Source of the DNA: Octopus bimaculoides
Lineage: Eukaryota
Direction of reading: 5' to 3'
NCBI RefSeq assembly: GCF_001194135.2
Contig: NC_068999.1
Span: 30,387,548-30,451,547 of the forward strand
Length of the DNA: 64,000 nt
The notes beneath the pieces are model-generated. The model saw nothing but the letters and a program-made list of their open reading frames with translations. It ran no database searches and was not told the origin of the DNA. Position numbers and translations under genes: made by a program. The stretch's first letter is position 1. Each line of letters opens with the position of its first letter. Shown here in pieces: positions 37,231-49,249 of the stretch.

Positions 37231-37680
37231 TAATTAAGTAACTGAATTGATTTTTCTTTCCCATTCTTCTGAATGCATTAAACTGAAGTGTACAGAACTG
37301 ACTCATGGAACTTAGTTGATGTGGCACTAAAGTATCCATGTCTTCCAATATCTGATGATATGTGTATCAGCTTTATGCAACTCTAGTTATTAAATTACAG
37401 CTTCCCATATCAGTAAATGTACTATTTTCTGTTCTTATAAATAAAAACTATTGTACTTAGAGGGCTGTGACAGATAAAGCTGATATTCATAGCTGACAAC
37501 ATGAAATGACGTAGAAATGCAGACATCCTAGGATCCAATAATGTGTTTTTGTACATTTTGTATGTGAAAAGAATTTTCTGCAGCAAAAGGTCTACTCACA
37601 TCCAAGTGTACCTGATTGTGTTAAATATGATTGTACACAATTATATTTTATTCAATGTTGCTTTGTGAAAGTCTAGTGTT

Positions 37681-37717
<37 letters not shown>

Positions 37718-38010
37718 CATACATACATATGAATATAACTTATATCATGTATAAAAATAATAGTGTGGGTGTGTGTGTATATGAAAAAGAGAGATGTGTG
37801 AACACAAAACACTACATTCTCACATTATTAAGAAGAAACACCATTTGATTATTGATACATAATTCACATAAAAAATACTTAAGGCAATTTTTCTAAAAGA
37901 TTTTTCAGGCAATCTCGATTGTTTACATAACAGTTCTAGCTTAAAATATCTGGAAATATATATATATAATTGTGCATGTGTGTGCATATACACACATAGC
38001 TATGAAGTTT

Positions 38011-38096
38011 TTAGACACTTGTTTCGTAATTGAGGAGCCCTGTGGAGTCTGAACTGATGCTGCTATAACTTGTGTCCGGACACAGTGATGGGATGC
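38011..38096 (-). CDS. BVES: BVES/POPDC-like terminal coding exon: (G)IPSLCPDTSYSSISSDSTGLLNYETSV*
   Basis: Acceptor tttgatttctctttcag, phase 1 matching the previous exon; open to TAA at 38013-38011. Confidence 0.75.
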
Positions 38097-38226
38097 CTGA
38101 AAGAGAAATCAAATGACTGAAGGTTAGCTGGAATAAATTACATAGTACTTCACTAATTACCAATTGGAAACTCAATAATTACCAATAAGTGCCTCACAAA
38201 TTATCACTAGACAAAATCAGTAATTA

Positions 38227-38570
38227 AGTAGTGCACGTGGCTTAGTGGTTGGGATATTTGGCTCACGATTGTAAGGTCATAAGTTCAATTCCCAGCAACG
38301 TGTTGTGTCCTTGAGCAAGAAACTTTATTTTCATGTTTCTGCAGTCCACTCAGCTGACAAAAATGAGTCGTACCTGTATTTCAAAGGGTCAGCCTTGTCA
38401 CACTCTGTGTCATGCTGAATCTCTCTGAGAACTGCCTTTAGGGTACACGTGTCCATGGAGTACTCAACCACTTGCATGTTAATTTCACAAGCAGGCTGTT
38501 CTGTTGATCCTATCAGCTGGGACCCTTGTTATCATAACCGACAGAGTGTTCCTATATCACCATCATCATC
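38227..38570 (+). mobile_element. tRNA-headed SINE (family D)
   Basis: A box TGGCTTAGTGG, B box AGTTCAATTCC, gtgtccttgagcaag core, (CAT)n tail. Confidence 0.8.
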
Positions 38571-39502
38571 TTTGGTATCAACTTTCTATACTAGCATGGA
38601 TTGGCCAGGTCACTGTAGCCAGCTCTTCGATACTGCTCTCCTAGATAGGTTGAAGAATTGCATCTCACTTGTTTGTCTCATTTTTGGTATTGTTTCTATA
38701 CCCTTTCCAATTCTGACCATTATACAGGAATGTACTGGATGCATTGTATTGAATCAACAATATTGGAGATGTTGTCCTCTCTACTGCATTGTTTCCATTC
38801 ATTCATTTATCACATTACGCAAAGTAAAGAGTGCATTTTATCTTTGCACCAGCATCAGTTTAGTCTTGTCTTTGACAAGACTAAAGGGTCATCATGACTT
38901 AACACTTTACTAGGTGTATTGGGTACCATGACACATGGCACCTGCACTACAGAGATAGCCTTGACCTATACAGGGCGAAGGGGTCCTCTGAACCCCACAT
39001 TTCTGCTTGCTTGCCAACTACAGTACACAATGTCCTGACTGAATTTATAGTGTTACCAACAACAGTGAGAGTGGCACATACCTCAAGGATTTGAAGGTCT
39101 CTTCCACTCTATAAGGTGTTCATTTATTAAGGGCTACATGACTGAAGAAGTGATTAGAAATTGACAAGAGAAGAACCAGGATGGGTGAATGAATACAATG
39201 GAAGTGTGATGGTAGAAAATGAGTGACTAGAATTGAGTGGTTGAGAGAAGAGAAGAGAGAGTGAAAAGAGAAGAGGATAAATGATAGGGGTGAATAATAG
39301 GTGTCAATGCCAGGTGGTCAAAGAAGAGGAGAGAGTTTAGAAGAGGTAATAATAGATATGTCCTGGAGCAGACATAAGATCTATGGTGATTAGGATAAAA
39401 TGAAGAGATGAATGGGTCAGCTAACCCGAAAGCTTGATGCGGTGAGGAGAAATCCATTGCATTTTTTGGTTACACCAACAACCAAGTACAATGAGAGTGA
39501 AA

Positions 39503-39741
39503 AGATGGTGAACTGGCAGAATCGTTAGCATGCTGGGAAAAATGTCCATCTTCACGTTCTGAGTTCAAATTCTGCTGAGATCAGCTTTGCCTTTCATCCT
39601 TTCGGGGTCAAATAATTAAGTGCCAGTGAAACACTGGGGTTGATGTAATTGACTAGTCCCCTCCCCAAAATTTCAAGGCCTTGTGCCTTCAGTAGAAAGG
39701 ATTATTATCATCACAATAATAATAATAATAATAATAATAAT
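39503..39741 (+). mobile_element. tRNA-derived SINE (family B) with (ATA)n tail
   Basis: ctggcagaatcgttagc...ctgagttcaaattc...aaatttcaaggccttgtgcc. Confidence 0.8.
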
Positions 39742-39744
39742 ACC

Positions 39745-40310
39745 TGCCTGGATGCAGTACCAGGCAATGACTATCGTGGCTTCTGATCTTAACTGATTGG
39801 AAGTGTTATCATGTATATTGTCTTGTCTTGGTATAAAAGATGGGCTACAGCAAATATTCTGCTCAATACCACAGATTTGCTTTGTCAGTGGCTTGACCTT
39901 AACCAGTTGAACATGTCCCTTGGTGGCTGACGATGTGTGCATCTCTGATCATGAGCAGAAGTAGTGGGGGAGCATCATAGTCATGTGTTGAGAGGAACTC
40001 TTTGGGGTTTGGATAATTCACCTTTGGAAATATGGGTATTTCGTTCAACATCCTCAAACAGCCTTTATTCAAGGACCTTTTGAGCAGGATGGGCTACCCG
40101 ACCTGAAGAAAATTCTAACTGGGCCCCACCTGCACGGTTATGAGCTGTTTATCTTGATATGAGACCACTATGTCACGCACATATGGTTGTGATGCATGTG
40201 CATGGTGTACCCTTATCAGACGGGTAGTCATGATGGGTATACTGGGCTTCGTATATTTTACCCCAGTGTCACTTTGATGGCATGCCCTGCTCTCTCACTC
40301 AATAATAATA
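39745..40310 (+). mobile_element. Approximately 560-bp interspersed element with (AAT)n tail, probably inserted into a SINE tail
   Basis: Flanked on both sides by caataataataa; non-coding; family not named. Confidence 0.45.
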
Positions 40311-40759
40311 AGAAGAATGGTTTCAAATTTTGGCACAAGGCCAGTAGATTGTGTGAGGCCTCTTTTGGTTACAACAGGGACATGAGTGATGTAAAATATG
40401 GATGATGAGATGAGATGAGTGATAAATGTGGATATGGATGATGAGTGATGAGACGAGTGATGAGTGATGAGACGAGTGATGAGTGACAGTATCTCAGCAT
40501 TCTTAGATACATATATTAAAGGCAACATGCTCATGAAGATAGAAGGGCGACAGGAATCAGGATAGGCAGGGAAAAGGAGCAAGAATATGATGGCAGACAG
40601 AGTAATTAGGCTGATGACTGACAATATGGTCCCTTATACACAGATCTTAAAGATAGGCATGAGAAGTTGAGTGATAAGGATTATGGTAGGGGCATAAAAG
40701 GTGAATCCTGTCTCTTTCTCTTTAGTTGATTGCACTGATCCCAGCATCCAGTTGCTACT

Positions 40760-41190
40760 TATTTTACTGACCCCAAAAAGATGAAAGGCAAAACTGACCC
40801 TGGCAAAATTTGAGCTCAGAACATAAAGACGGATGAAATGCTGCTAAGCATTTTGCTTGGCATGCTAACAATTCTCCCAGTCCACATCTGCAAATACAGC
40901 AACTGAAATGGGTTAAACTGAGTGATTGGCTTAGGTCTACCACCCATATGGAAAAGAGAAATTTGAACTCTGAATGCAAAGAGCTAGAATAGATACTGAA
41001 ATATGTCTGGTTCAACATTCTTACAGTTCCATCAATCCACTGGGGTGGATTAATACTTTTTTATTGACCCCAAAATGATGGAAGGCAAAAAATTGACCTT
41101 GAGAGCATTTGAACACAGACTGCAGAGAATTTGAATAAATGCTGTAAAAAATTCTGTTCCATGTTCAAACCACTCTAACAATTTGTCCCA
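40760..41190 (-). mobile_element. Two family B SINE fragments
   Basis: ttttactgaccccaaaagatgaaaggcaaa...tttgagctcagaac motif occurs twice. Confidence 0.6.
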
Positions 41191-41248
41191 TCCCTTATAT
41201 CATGTTTCCAATACAATTGAAATGTTAGTCTTTGAAAATATTACTCAC

Positions 41249-41543
41249 CTTTCAACTCCAACGAATTATTGATTGTGATTTTAGTGAGGCTGTTGCAAGA
41301 CGTTTTAGTGGCAAGGCTGCTTCGGATGTCCACCATGGAAGAATGACGGCTAGAGGGAGGGCAGTGCATGTAATCAGGGTTGTTCTGAAGTAACTCTTGA
41401 ATCTGATACAGTTTGTGGGTGATATCTTTGCCCAGTAAGTTATGTAAGACAGTGCCAAGGAATGGATGGTCATGAAGAAAACGTTGGATAGCTGAACAAT
41501 TCCAGGAAAGTAAACTACAGTCTTCTGTTGCTACTAATGTTAC
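41249..41543 (-). CDS. BVES: BVES/POPDC-like exon: VTLVATEDCSLLSWNCSAIQRFLHDHPFLGTVLHNLLGKDITHKLYQIQE...NSLELK
   Basis: Acceptor ctctctctttatccag, donor AAG|gtgagt (phase 1). Completes FQ|VT and carries the Popeye hallmark LLGKDITHKLY (POPDC1 has LIGKDITNKLY). Confidence 0.92.
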
Positions 41544-42315
41544 CTGGATAAAGAGAGAGTGAAAGACAGGGAATGAGATGAAAGAATGGAGAAGAGAGGG
41601 TGAGAGTAAGAAAACAGAATAGAGTGAGTGTGTGAGAGAAGGAGAATGGGTCATTTCCAAAGTGATAGAAGAGATATGAGTGATGGATTAAGTGAGGAGA
41701 TAAGTTACAATGTGACAGAGGTTAATGGAGATAGTGGGGCAAGAGAGGACATGGAAAGATAAAACTCAAAAGGTTTATTAGTGGGTTTACAGGGAAGAAT
41801 GATAATTAACAGGAATAAAACTGAAACAACTAAGATGATGACAAAGATGAGGACGATGATGACGACTACAACTACTAGATCAATGATAACAAACACAAGT
41901 TTCCAGCGTCTCACAAACACATTTATATGCTCAAACACACAATGCATTCACACAATGTGTGTATGTAAATGTATTGTGTGTGTATTTATGTGTATTTGTG
42001 TGTGCATGTCAGTGAGTGAGTGCGTATGTGTACACACACACATGCACACACACACACACATACACGCACACATACATACATGTACACACATATGTACATA
42101 CATTTACACACATGTTTTCTTTCCACTACACAACAATACAATTTTTTTCTATAATACTCTCTATCTCACAACAGTACAGTCTATACTACAATACTATCCA
42201 TCTCACAACAGTATAGTCTCTTCTACAACACTAGAGCCTCAACTAAAATAATATTCCTGTCAATATCACCCCTGCTTCTCACAGCTACCCACAACTATAT
42301 AACAAGAACACTTAC

Positions 42316-42430
42316 CTGGAATTTCTCACAGTTTTGCCAGTGAGGTTGGCAGTATTCATATTCTGCCGAGTCAAGAATTTGGTTAGAACTGATATAATGT
42401 AAGAACAGACTGTCATATGTGACTTTTAAT
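42316..42430 (-). CDS. BVES: Popeye domain-containing (BVES/POPDC-like) exon: (R)LKVTYDSLFLHYISSNQILDSAEYEYCQPHWQNCEKFQ
   Basis: Minus-strand acceptor tttttctctatttctaccag and donor CAG|gtaagt; aligns to the Popeye-domain pattern KVSYRGHFLH...IDSPEF...EKFQ. Confidence 0.9.
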
Positions 42431-43599
42431 CTGGTAGAAATAGAGAAAAATACATGTGAAAAACAGTCTTCTAGAAGGTAAGGCTGGTATTATTAGTCTG
42501 TTTTGACAAATATTACTCAGTAAAGATGGTGACTTTGAATATGTTCATGTTGTGACAAGTTGGATCTGATATCTTGTGATTGACAGACACTATGTCAGAG
42601 GGAGAGAAAAATTATTGTTCAGTTCCTGAAAAAAATTATTTCCTCCTCCCCAATTGAAAGGAGTCAATCTCAGTGTCAGATTTCTCTTGTCTCCCTTTGT
42701 CATCACTCATCCAAAAAATACAACTTATTTGAAAACATTTATACATTCTCACTTTAGTTACTCTTGAAAATATATGAGCATGAAGTTGCTGGTGTTTTGA
42801 TTTGGAAACCCTAATTGCTGGGTTCAATTTTAACCAGGTTCATTTCAGCTTTATATTTCTAAGAATTTGACAGTGACAATCAGGAATAAGAAATGTTTTT
42901 AAGATGGAGATGAGGTATGCATGATGATATGTAAGTTCTAATCTCTAATTTCAGATATTTATTTAAACTACAAAAGTGAGATTTTTGGACCATGCCCATA
43001 TGAAAGAAGGTGTAATTTACAATACCTATGGACTCTATCATGACTATCACCAGTTTTCCATCTTCACCACCATATCCTGAGAACCTAGCAAAGAGTTTCA
43101 GCAAATAACACACAAACGAACTGACACATATGTGCCCTAACATAGGCTTAAGTGTTTGGACACTCCCCTCCCAACATAAAACCCATACACACATTCCAAC
43201 CCTAGATGAATATCAATTCTAACTCTACACATTTTCAGAAAACATGTGTAGATTTACATTTCAGAAACCTTTAGTTCAAGGGACATAATTCTTGATATAG
43301 CTTTTGCTCAGTTAGTTTCATCTTATTTCATACCACCCACAAACCAGATGTGGTTTTTTTCTTTCACCTCCAGTAATAGAGAGCAGTCGTCATATTTTTT
43401 TTTCCATACCTGCCTGCTCTGACAAGCACATGATATTATATAACCATGCTGTTATCTAACATCTGGTTTAAAACTCAGTGTGAAATTGACTTGTAAGATT
43501 GGCTATATTGGATTTATAATACTGTATATGTTGATTAATATACCTACTCTATTGAGAAATATATGAATGCATATTTTCTCTGTTTATAGATTCTTAGAC

Positions 43600-43643
<44 letters not shown>

Positions 43644-43797
43644 ATGTGTGTGTGTGTGTATGTATATATATATATATATATTGTTGTATTTGGGGATGGT
43701 CATGTTGCCAGTTTAGCCAATAAAAACACACGCACTGTATATTTGGTGTTAATTTGCTTCAGCTTTATATTACATTACATTACATTAAACATATTTC

Positions 43798-43842
43798 GGC
43801 CAGAGTTCTTTCGTCACACTTCTGTGACCTCATCAGTGGTCC
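43798..43842 (-). ncRNA. Minimal type I hammerhead ribozyme motif
   Basis: Minus strand GGACCA-CUGAUGA-g-GUCAC-agaagu-GUGAC-GAAAG-aa-CUC-UGGCC. Confidence 0.65.
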
Positions 43843-44171
43843 TTTGCTTTCTTCTTTCTTATGTGTGTCCCACCTTGCTAACGATCAGCCATTTTGTATT
43901 TTGTATTCCTATTGTATGTGTCTACGCATGCGTATCCCTCTATGCGTGTCTATGTTTTGTAAGTGCATGTGTGTGTATGGGGAGTGCCTGTATTATCTGT
44001 ATCTCCTGCTTATACATGTTCCCCTCCAGTAATAGAGAGCAGTCGCCATATTTTTTTTCCATACCTGCCAGCTCTGACAAGCTCATGATATTATGTAACC
44101 ATGCCTACAAATATATAGTGCATGTGTTTTTATTGGTTAAACTGGCAAGATGACCATCCCCAAATACAACA

Positions 44172-44221
<50 letters not shown>

Positions 44222-44446
44222 ACAGTGAGAGAGAGAGAGAGTTGTCTAAGAATCTATAAGTCAGAGAAAATATGCATTCATATATTTCTCAATAGAGTAG
44301 GTATGTTCGTTTAATTTGTTTTTATTTATTTGTTCATGTGTTTATACCTACTTTTTCTTACTTTTAATTTGATTTTGTTAACATATGTAGTTATTTAATT
44401 CCATTTGTTTATCTATGTATTGTATTATATTTTGTTCATATAGCTA

Positions 44447-44770
44447 TTAGTTTATGGGGATTTTATTGTTATATGTTGTGGTTTGTTGGGGGTGTGTGCT
44501 AGTGTTCCATTCCAGTTTCCTATTCAGGCTAGGTTTATCTTCTATTATGTGTGTAGCTTCTGTAATTTGTCTAAGTGCTGCATCTGTTCTATGTGTGGAC
44601 AAGATTTTAATTTCTATGTTGTTGAGTGAGCCTCCGTGTTCTTGCTCAGCGTGCTGGTACAGAACTGATGAGCTCTTCTCTTCCTTAAGTTCCCTCCAAT
44701 TTTCATTTAGCCGCTCTCCTATGCTCCATGCTGTTTCCCCTACATACGTCATTGTCTTGTTACTGCATCG
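44447..44770 (-). mobile_element. Penelope-like element 3' end (GIY-YIG C-terminal half)
   Basis: TYVGETAWSIGERLNE...LYQHAEQEH...RQITEATHI...PSLN. Confidence 0.85.
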
Positions 44771-45288
44771 TCAGAAAATATTTTGTCAGAAAATTTGGAG
44801 ATCCACTTAGCATAATAAGAAAACATACCAACTATACATATGCTTTATTAAAAAGCAACACAAATATCACAAAAACTGTTATTCAGAGTTTCATGCTCCC
44901 ATTTGTTGGACAGTTTTGTTTAGAATGGAATAAAAGTAAGGTTTCCTCTCTCTCTCTTTTGGAGAGAGGCACAAGCACATACACAGACATATGCACACAT
45001 GGCAGTAACTTCTGCCTACCAAATTCAATCACAAAGCTTCGGTTAACCAGTTGCATTGTGGTTTAAAATCATAATATTTATAAAATTTTTATAATAACAG
45101 GATTTTAAAATGCAATCTGTCATTGCATGCAACCGGTTATTGAAAAAAACCCTTAGTTGAAAGTTTATGGAATAGAAATATCATAAAAGTTTCATGACCA
45201 CATGTTGCCAGATGGTTACTCAGTGGTATTTGGCAGACTTCTGGGTTTTTAAAGAAGAGAAAAACAGGAAAAAATCATACCATTTATA

Positions 45289-47195
45289 GTGACACAAAAT
45301 CCATGCCACCAGAACATCTTCAATATCGCTAAAGCGAACTTACCGATCCTTGCACAAAGTAAGGAATTGAGAAATATCATTACAGATCAAAATATAACTC
45401 TCAGTAAGAGACAACCTAAAAACTTGAAAAAACTATTAACAAAGGCAAGGTTTGACCTCAGCAACAAAAATCAAACATTCACTGTGTCCAAATGCAATGA
45501 TAGCCGATGCGGTACATACCGATCAATTCATANNNNNNNNNNNNNNNNNNNNNNNNNNNNNNNNNNNNNNNNNNNNNNNNNNNNNNNNNNNNNNNNNNNN
45601 NNNNNNNNNNNNNNNNNNNNNNNNNNNNNNNNNNNNNNNNNNNNNNNNNNNNNNNNNNNNNNNNNNNNNNNNNNNNNNNNNNNNNNNNNNNNNNNNNNNN
45701 NNNNNNNNNNNNNNNNNNNNNNNNNNNNNNNNNNNNNNNNNNNNNNNNNNNNNNNNNNNNNNNNNNNNNNNNNNNNNNNNNNNNNNNNNNNNNNNNNNNN
45801 NNNNNNNNNNNNNNNNNNNNNNNNNNNNNNNNNNNNNNNNNNNNNNNNNNNNNNNNNNNNNNNNNNNNNNNNNNNNNNNNNNNNNNNNNNNNNNNNNNNN
45901 NNNNNNNNNNNNNNNNNNNNNNNNNNNNNNNNNNNNNNNNNNNNNNNNNNNNNNNNNNNNNNNNNNNNNNNNNNNNNNNNNNNNNNNNNNNNNNNNNNNN
46001 NNNNNNNNNNNNNNNNNNNNNNNNNNNNNNNNNNNNNNNNNNNNNNNNNNNNNNNNNNNNNNNNNNNNNNNNNNNNNNNNNNNNNNNNNNNNNNNNNNNN
46101 NNAAATTTATCTTACTTGGGGTTTAAAAATCTTATCCCTATAACTAAAACAAAAAATCTCTCAAATGTCATCATTTCTAAAAATAGCCAAACACCTACTG
46201 CTGCTGTCCAAAGGAATAGGTATAAAAGACAAAAAAACAGCCAGTCTGTTACAGTCTGTTACAGTTTGTCAGACGAGGCCTGAAAGTACGTACTCGCTTT
46301 TATATATTTGATTCTCTATATTTAATACTCAATATTTCATATATTCAATAAGACATTCAATACTTCATTTCATTTTACTATTTATATTATATTATATATT
46401 CCATATTCTATATCCCACATTAATTTTATAAGAATATAAATAAAACATAAAAAACAGACAGAGTTGGAACTCTTTTAAATAATATATATACTTATATACA
46501 TGTATATCATCATCATCATTTAACGTCCGCCTTCCATGCTGGCATGCATGGGATGGTTTGACAAGAGCTGGTCAGGCAGAAGCCTGCATCAGACCTCAGT
46601 AGCTGTTTTGGCAAGATTTTTACAGCTGGATGCTCTTCCTAACACCAACCACNNNNNNNNNNAACTGCAAAAGTAAAAATCTAATCTACTGCATCAAATG
46701 CCCTAATTGTGAGGAAATGTACGTTGGCCAGACAGGTAATGCATTATCGGAATGCTCACGTGTACATCGACAACAGATTAAAAAACCAGAAGTCCGCCAA
46801 ATACCACTGAGTAACCATCTGGCAACATGTGGTCATGAAACTTTTATGATATTTCCATTCCATAAACTTTACGACCTGAATGAAATTGAGAGAAAACGCA
46901 AAGAAAAGTACTTTATTAAGAAATTCAAACCCACTCTTAACAAACAATGATTAAATTTATCTTACTTGGGGTTTAAAAATCTTATCCCTATAACTAAAAC
47001 AAAAAATCTCTCAAATGTCATCATTTCTAAAAATAGCCAAACACCTACTGCTGCTGTCCAAAGGAATAGGTATAAAAGACAAAAAAACAGCCAGTCTGTT
47101 ACAGTCTGTTACAGTTTGTCAGACGAGGCCTGAAAGTACGTACTCGCTTTTATATATTTGATTCTCTATATTTAATACTCAATATTTCATATATT
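45289..47195 (+). mobile_element. Penelope-like element: RT-EN linker, GIY-YIG endonuclease and duplicated 3' region, broken by gaps
   Basis: SKRQPKNLKKLLTKARF...KCNDSRC; NLIYCIKCPNCEEMYVGQTG...HRQQI...KFKPTLN; 46103-46350 is repeated at about 46953-47195. Confidence 0.85.
46505..46652 (-). mobile_element. RTE-3'-tail repeat (family A)
   Basis: catcatcatttaacgtccgccttccatgctggcatg...tacagctggatgctcttcctaacaccaacc. Confidence 0.75.
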
Positions 47196-48000
47196 NNNNN
47201 NNNNNNNNNNNNNNNNNNNNNNNNNNNNNNNNNNNNNNNNNNNNNNNNNNNNNNNNNNNNNNNNNNNNNNNNNNNNNNNNNNNNNNNNNNNNNNNNNNNN
47301 NNNNNNNNNNNNNNNNNNNNNNNNNNNNNNNNNNNNNNNNNNNNNNNNNNNNNNNNNNNNNNNNNNNNNNNNNNNNNNNNNNNNNNNNNNNNNNNNNNNN
47401 NNNNNNNNNNNNNNNNNNNNNNNNNNNNNNNNNNNNNNNNNNNNNNNNNNNNNNNNNNNNNNNNNNNNNNNNNNNNNNNNNNNNNNNNNNNNNNNNNNNN
47501 NNNNNNNNNNNNNNNNNNNNNNNNNNNNNNNNNNNNNNNNNNNNNNNNNNNNNNNNNNNNNNNNNNNNNNNNNNNNNNNNNNNNNNNNNNNNNNNNNNNN
47601 NNNNNNNNNNNNNNNNNNNNNNNNNNNNNNNNNNNNNNNNNNNNNNNNNNNNNNNNNNNNNNNNNNNNNNNNNNNNNNNNNNNNNNNNNNNNNNNNNNNN
47701 NNNNNNNNNNNNNNNNNNNNNNNNNNNNNNNNNNNNNNNNNNNNNNNNNNNNNNNNNNNNNNNNNNNNNNNNNNNNNNNNNNNNNNNNNNNNNNNNNNNN
47801 NNNNNNNNNNNNNNNNNNNNNNNNNNNNNNNNNNNNNNNNNNNNNNNNNNNNNNNNNNNNNNNNNNNNNNNNNNNNNNNNNNNNNNNNNNNNNNNNNNNN
47901 NNNNNNNNNNNNNNNNNNNNNNNNNNNNNNNNNNNNNNNNNNNNNNNNNNNNNNNNNNNNNNNNNNNNNNNNNNNNNNNNNNNNNNNNNNNNNNNNNNNN

Positions 48001-48037
<37 letters not shown>

Positions 48038-48318
48038 AGAGAGAGAGAGAATGAAGATAGAAACAAGTGCACTGCTACAAAGGAAATACATGGTAACCCA
48101 ACCTGAGGGAAGTGCAGGAGAAGTAGAGAGAGACAGCAGGATAGAGATGGTGGCAAAGTGCCAAGCATATGCAATGATACAGTGAGCCAGGGCGTGGGTG
48201 GAACACGCATATTGGAAGCTAACGGATAGCAATGATATGGTGACACTGGGCCAAGAGGACAGGATTGGGGAGTGGGAGGCAAGCCTGGTGCATGAAGTGT
48301 AAATGTGAGGAAGAGAAG

Positions 48319-48549
48319 AGACCTTTGGCAACATGTTGTGCTTGAGAAGAAGACCCATCAAGCTGAGCAAAATTGCAGTTGTGGCAGATACCGGTGTCAC
48401 TCAAATGGCACCTGTGCCAGTGGCATGTAGATGCACTCATTACACTCTTAGAATTGTTGGCATTAGGAAGGGCATCCAGCTGTAGAAAACCATGTCAAAT
48501 CAAACTGGAGTCTGGTGCAGCCTTCCAGTTTGCCAGCTCTGGTCAAACT
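48319..48549 (+). mobile_element. Partial family A/F repeat nearly identical to 51358-51590
   Basis: Direct comparison shows about 2 differences in about 230 bp. Confidence 0.8.
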
Positions 48550-48579
48550 GGGAAATTTTCTTGTTAAGTGTGGGTGGGA

Positions 48580-49240
48580 CATACTAGAATTCAGTTTTGC
48601 TAACATGGGCAGGTCTTCTCAAGAACTTCATATCGCCAGACATCTTGCTCCATTGTCATTTCCTGTGTGAGGCTGAACATCCTGAGATTGATCCTTACCA
48701 CTTCATCCTATGTCTTCTTGGGTTTCCTCTCTTCTGTGGGTACCATCTACTTTTAGTGATTGGCACTTGTTTATGCAGCTGTCCTCATTCATACATATCA
48801 CATGTCGAAACCAACGTGGTCTTCTCTCTTGCATGCTTCATTTGACTCTTCTTATGCCCAATGTTTCTCTCAATACATATGCATTTTGTTGTACATGTGC
48901 ATTGATGTTGCACATCCAACGGAGCATACTACCTTCATTTCTCTCCAGTCTACGCACGTCCTCTGCATTCAGAGCCTATTTCTCACTACCATGGAGTATA
49001 GCCGTTCACACACAAACATCATACAGTCTACCTTTCACTCTGAGAGAGAGTTCTTTTGTTGCCAACAGAGGTAATAACTCTGAACTTTCTCCACCTGTTT
49101 TATTCTAGAAATAATATTTTCAGAACATCTTCCACCATTGCTAATTTGGCCATTTAGGTAACAGAAACTATCTACAACCTCAAGAGAGCCTCCTGGGCAT
49201 TTGAGATAATCTAAGGCCCATGTGCCCTGAGTCACTTAGA
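48580..49240 (-). mobile_element. RTE LINE 3' fragment
   Basis: KCPGGSLEVVDSFCYL...; same family as 32954-33305. Confidence 0.75.
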
Positions 49241-49249
49241 CCCTGATCC

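Noticed and set aside
37600-37611. 12-nt micro-exon candidate on the minus strand
   Set aside because: Lies downstream of the BVES stop codon (38011) and the acceptor is weak.
38227-38300. tRNA gene
   Set aside because: A and B boxes are present but run into a SINE body with no acceptor-stem closure; the same applies to the family B and C heads.
41544-41660. N-terminal part of ORF 41241-41660
   Set aside because: Low-complexity intronic pyrimidine tract; the real exon begins at 41543.
43026-43076. Exon-like 51-mer (YGGEDGKLVIVMIESI) as the upstream Popeye exon
   Set aside because: Ends in phase 1 while the next exon needs phase 2, and similarity to YAxExKT...LSILL is marginal.
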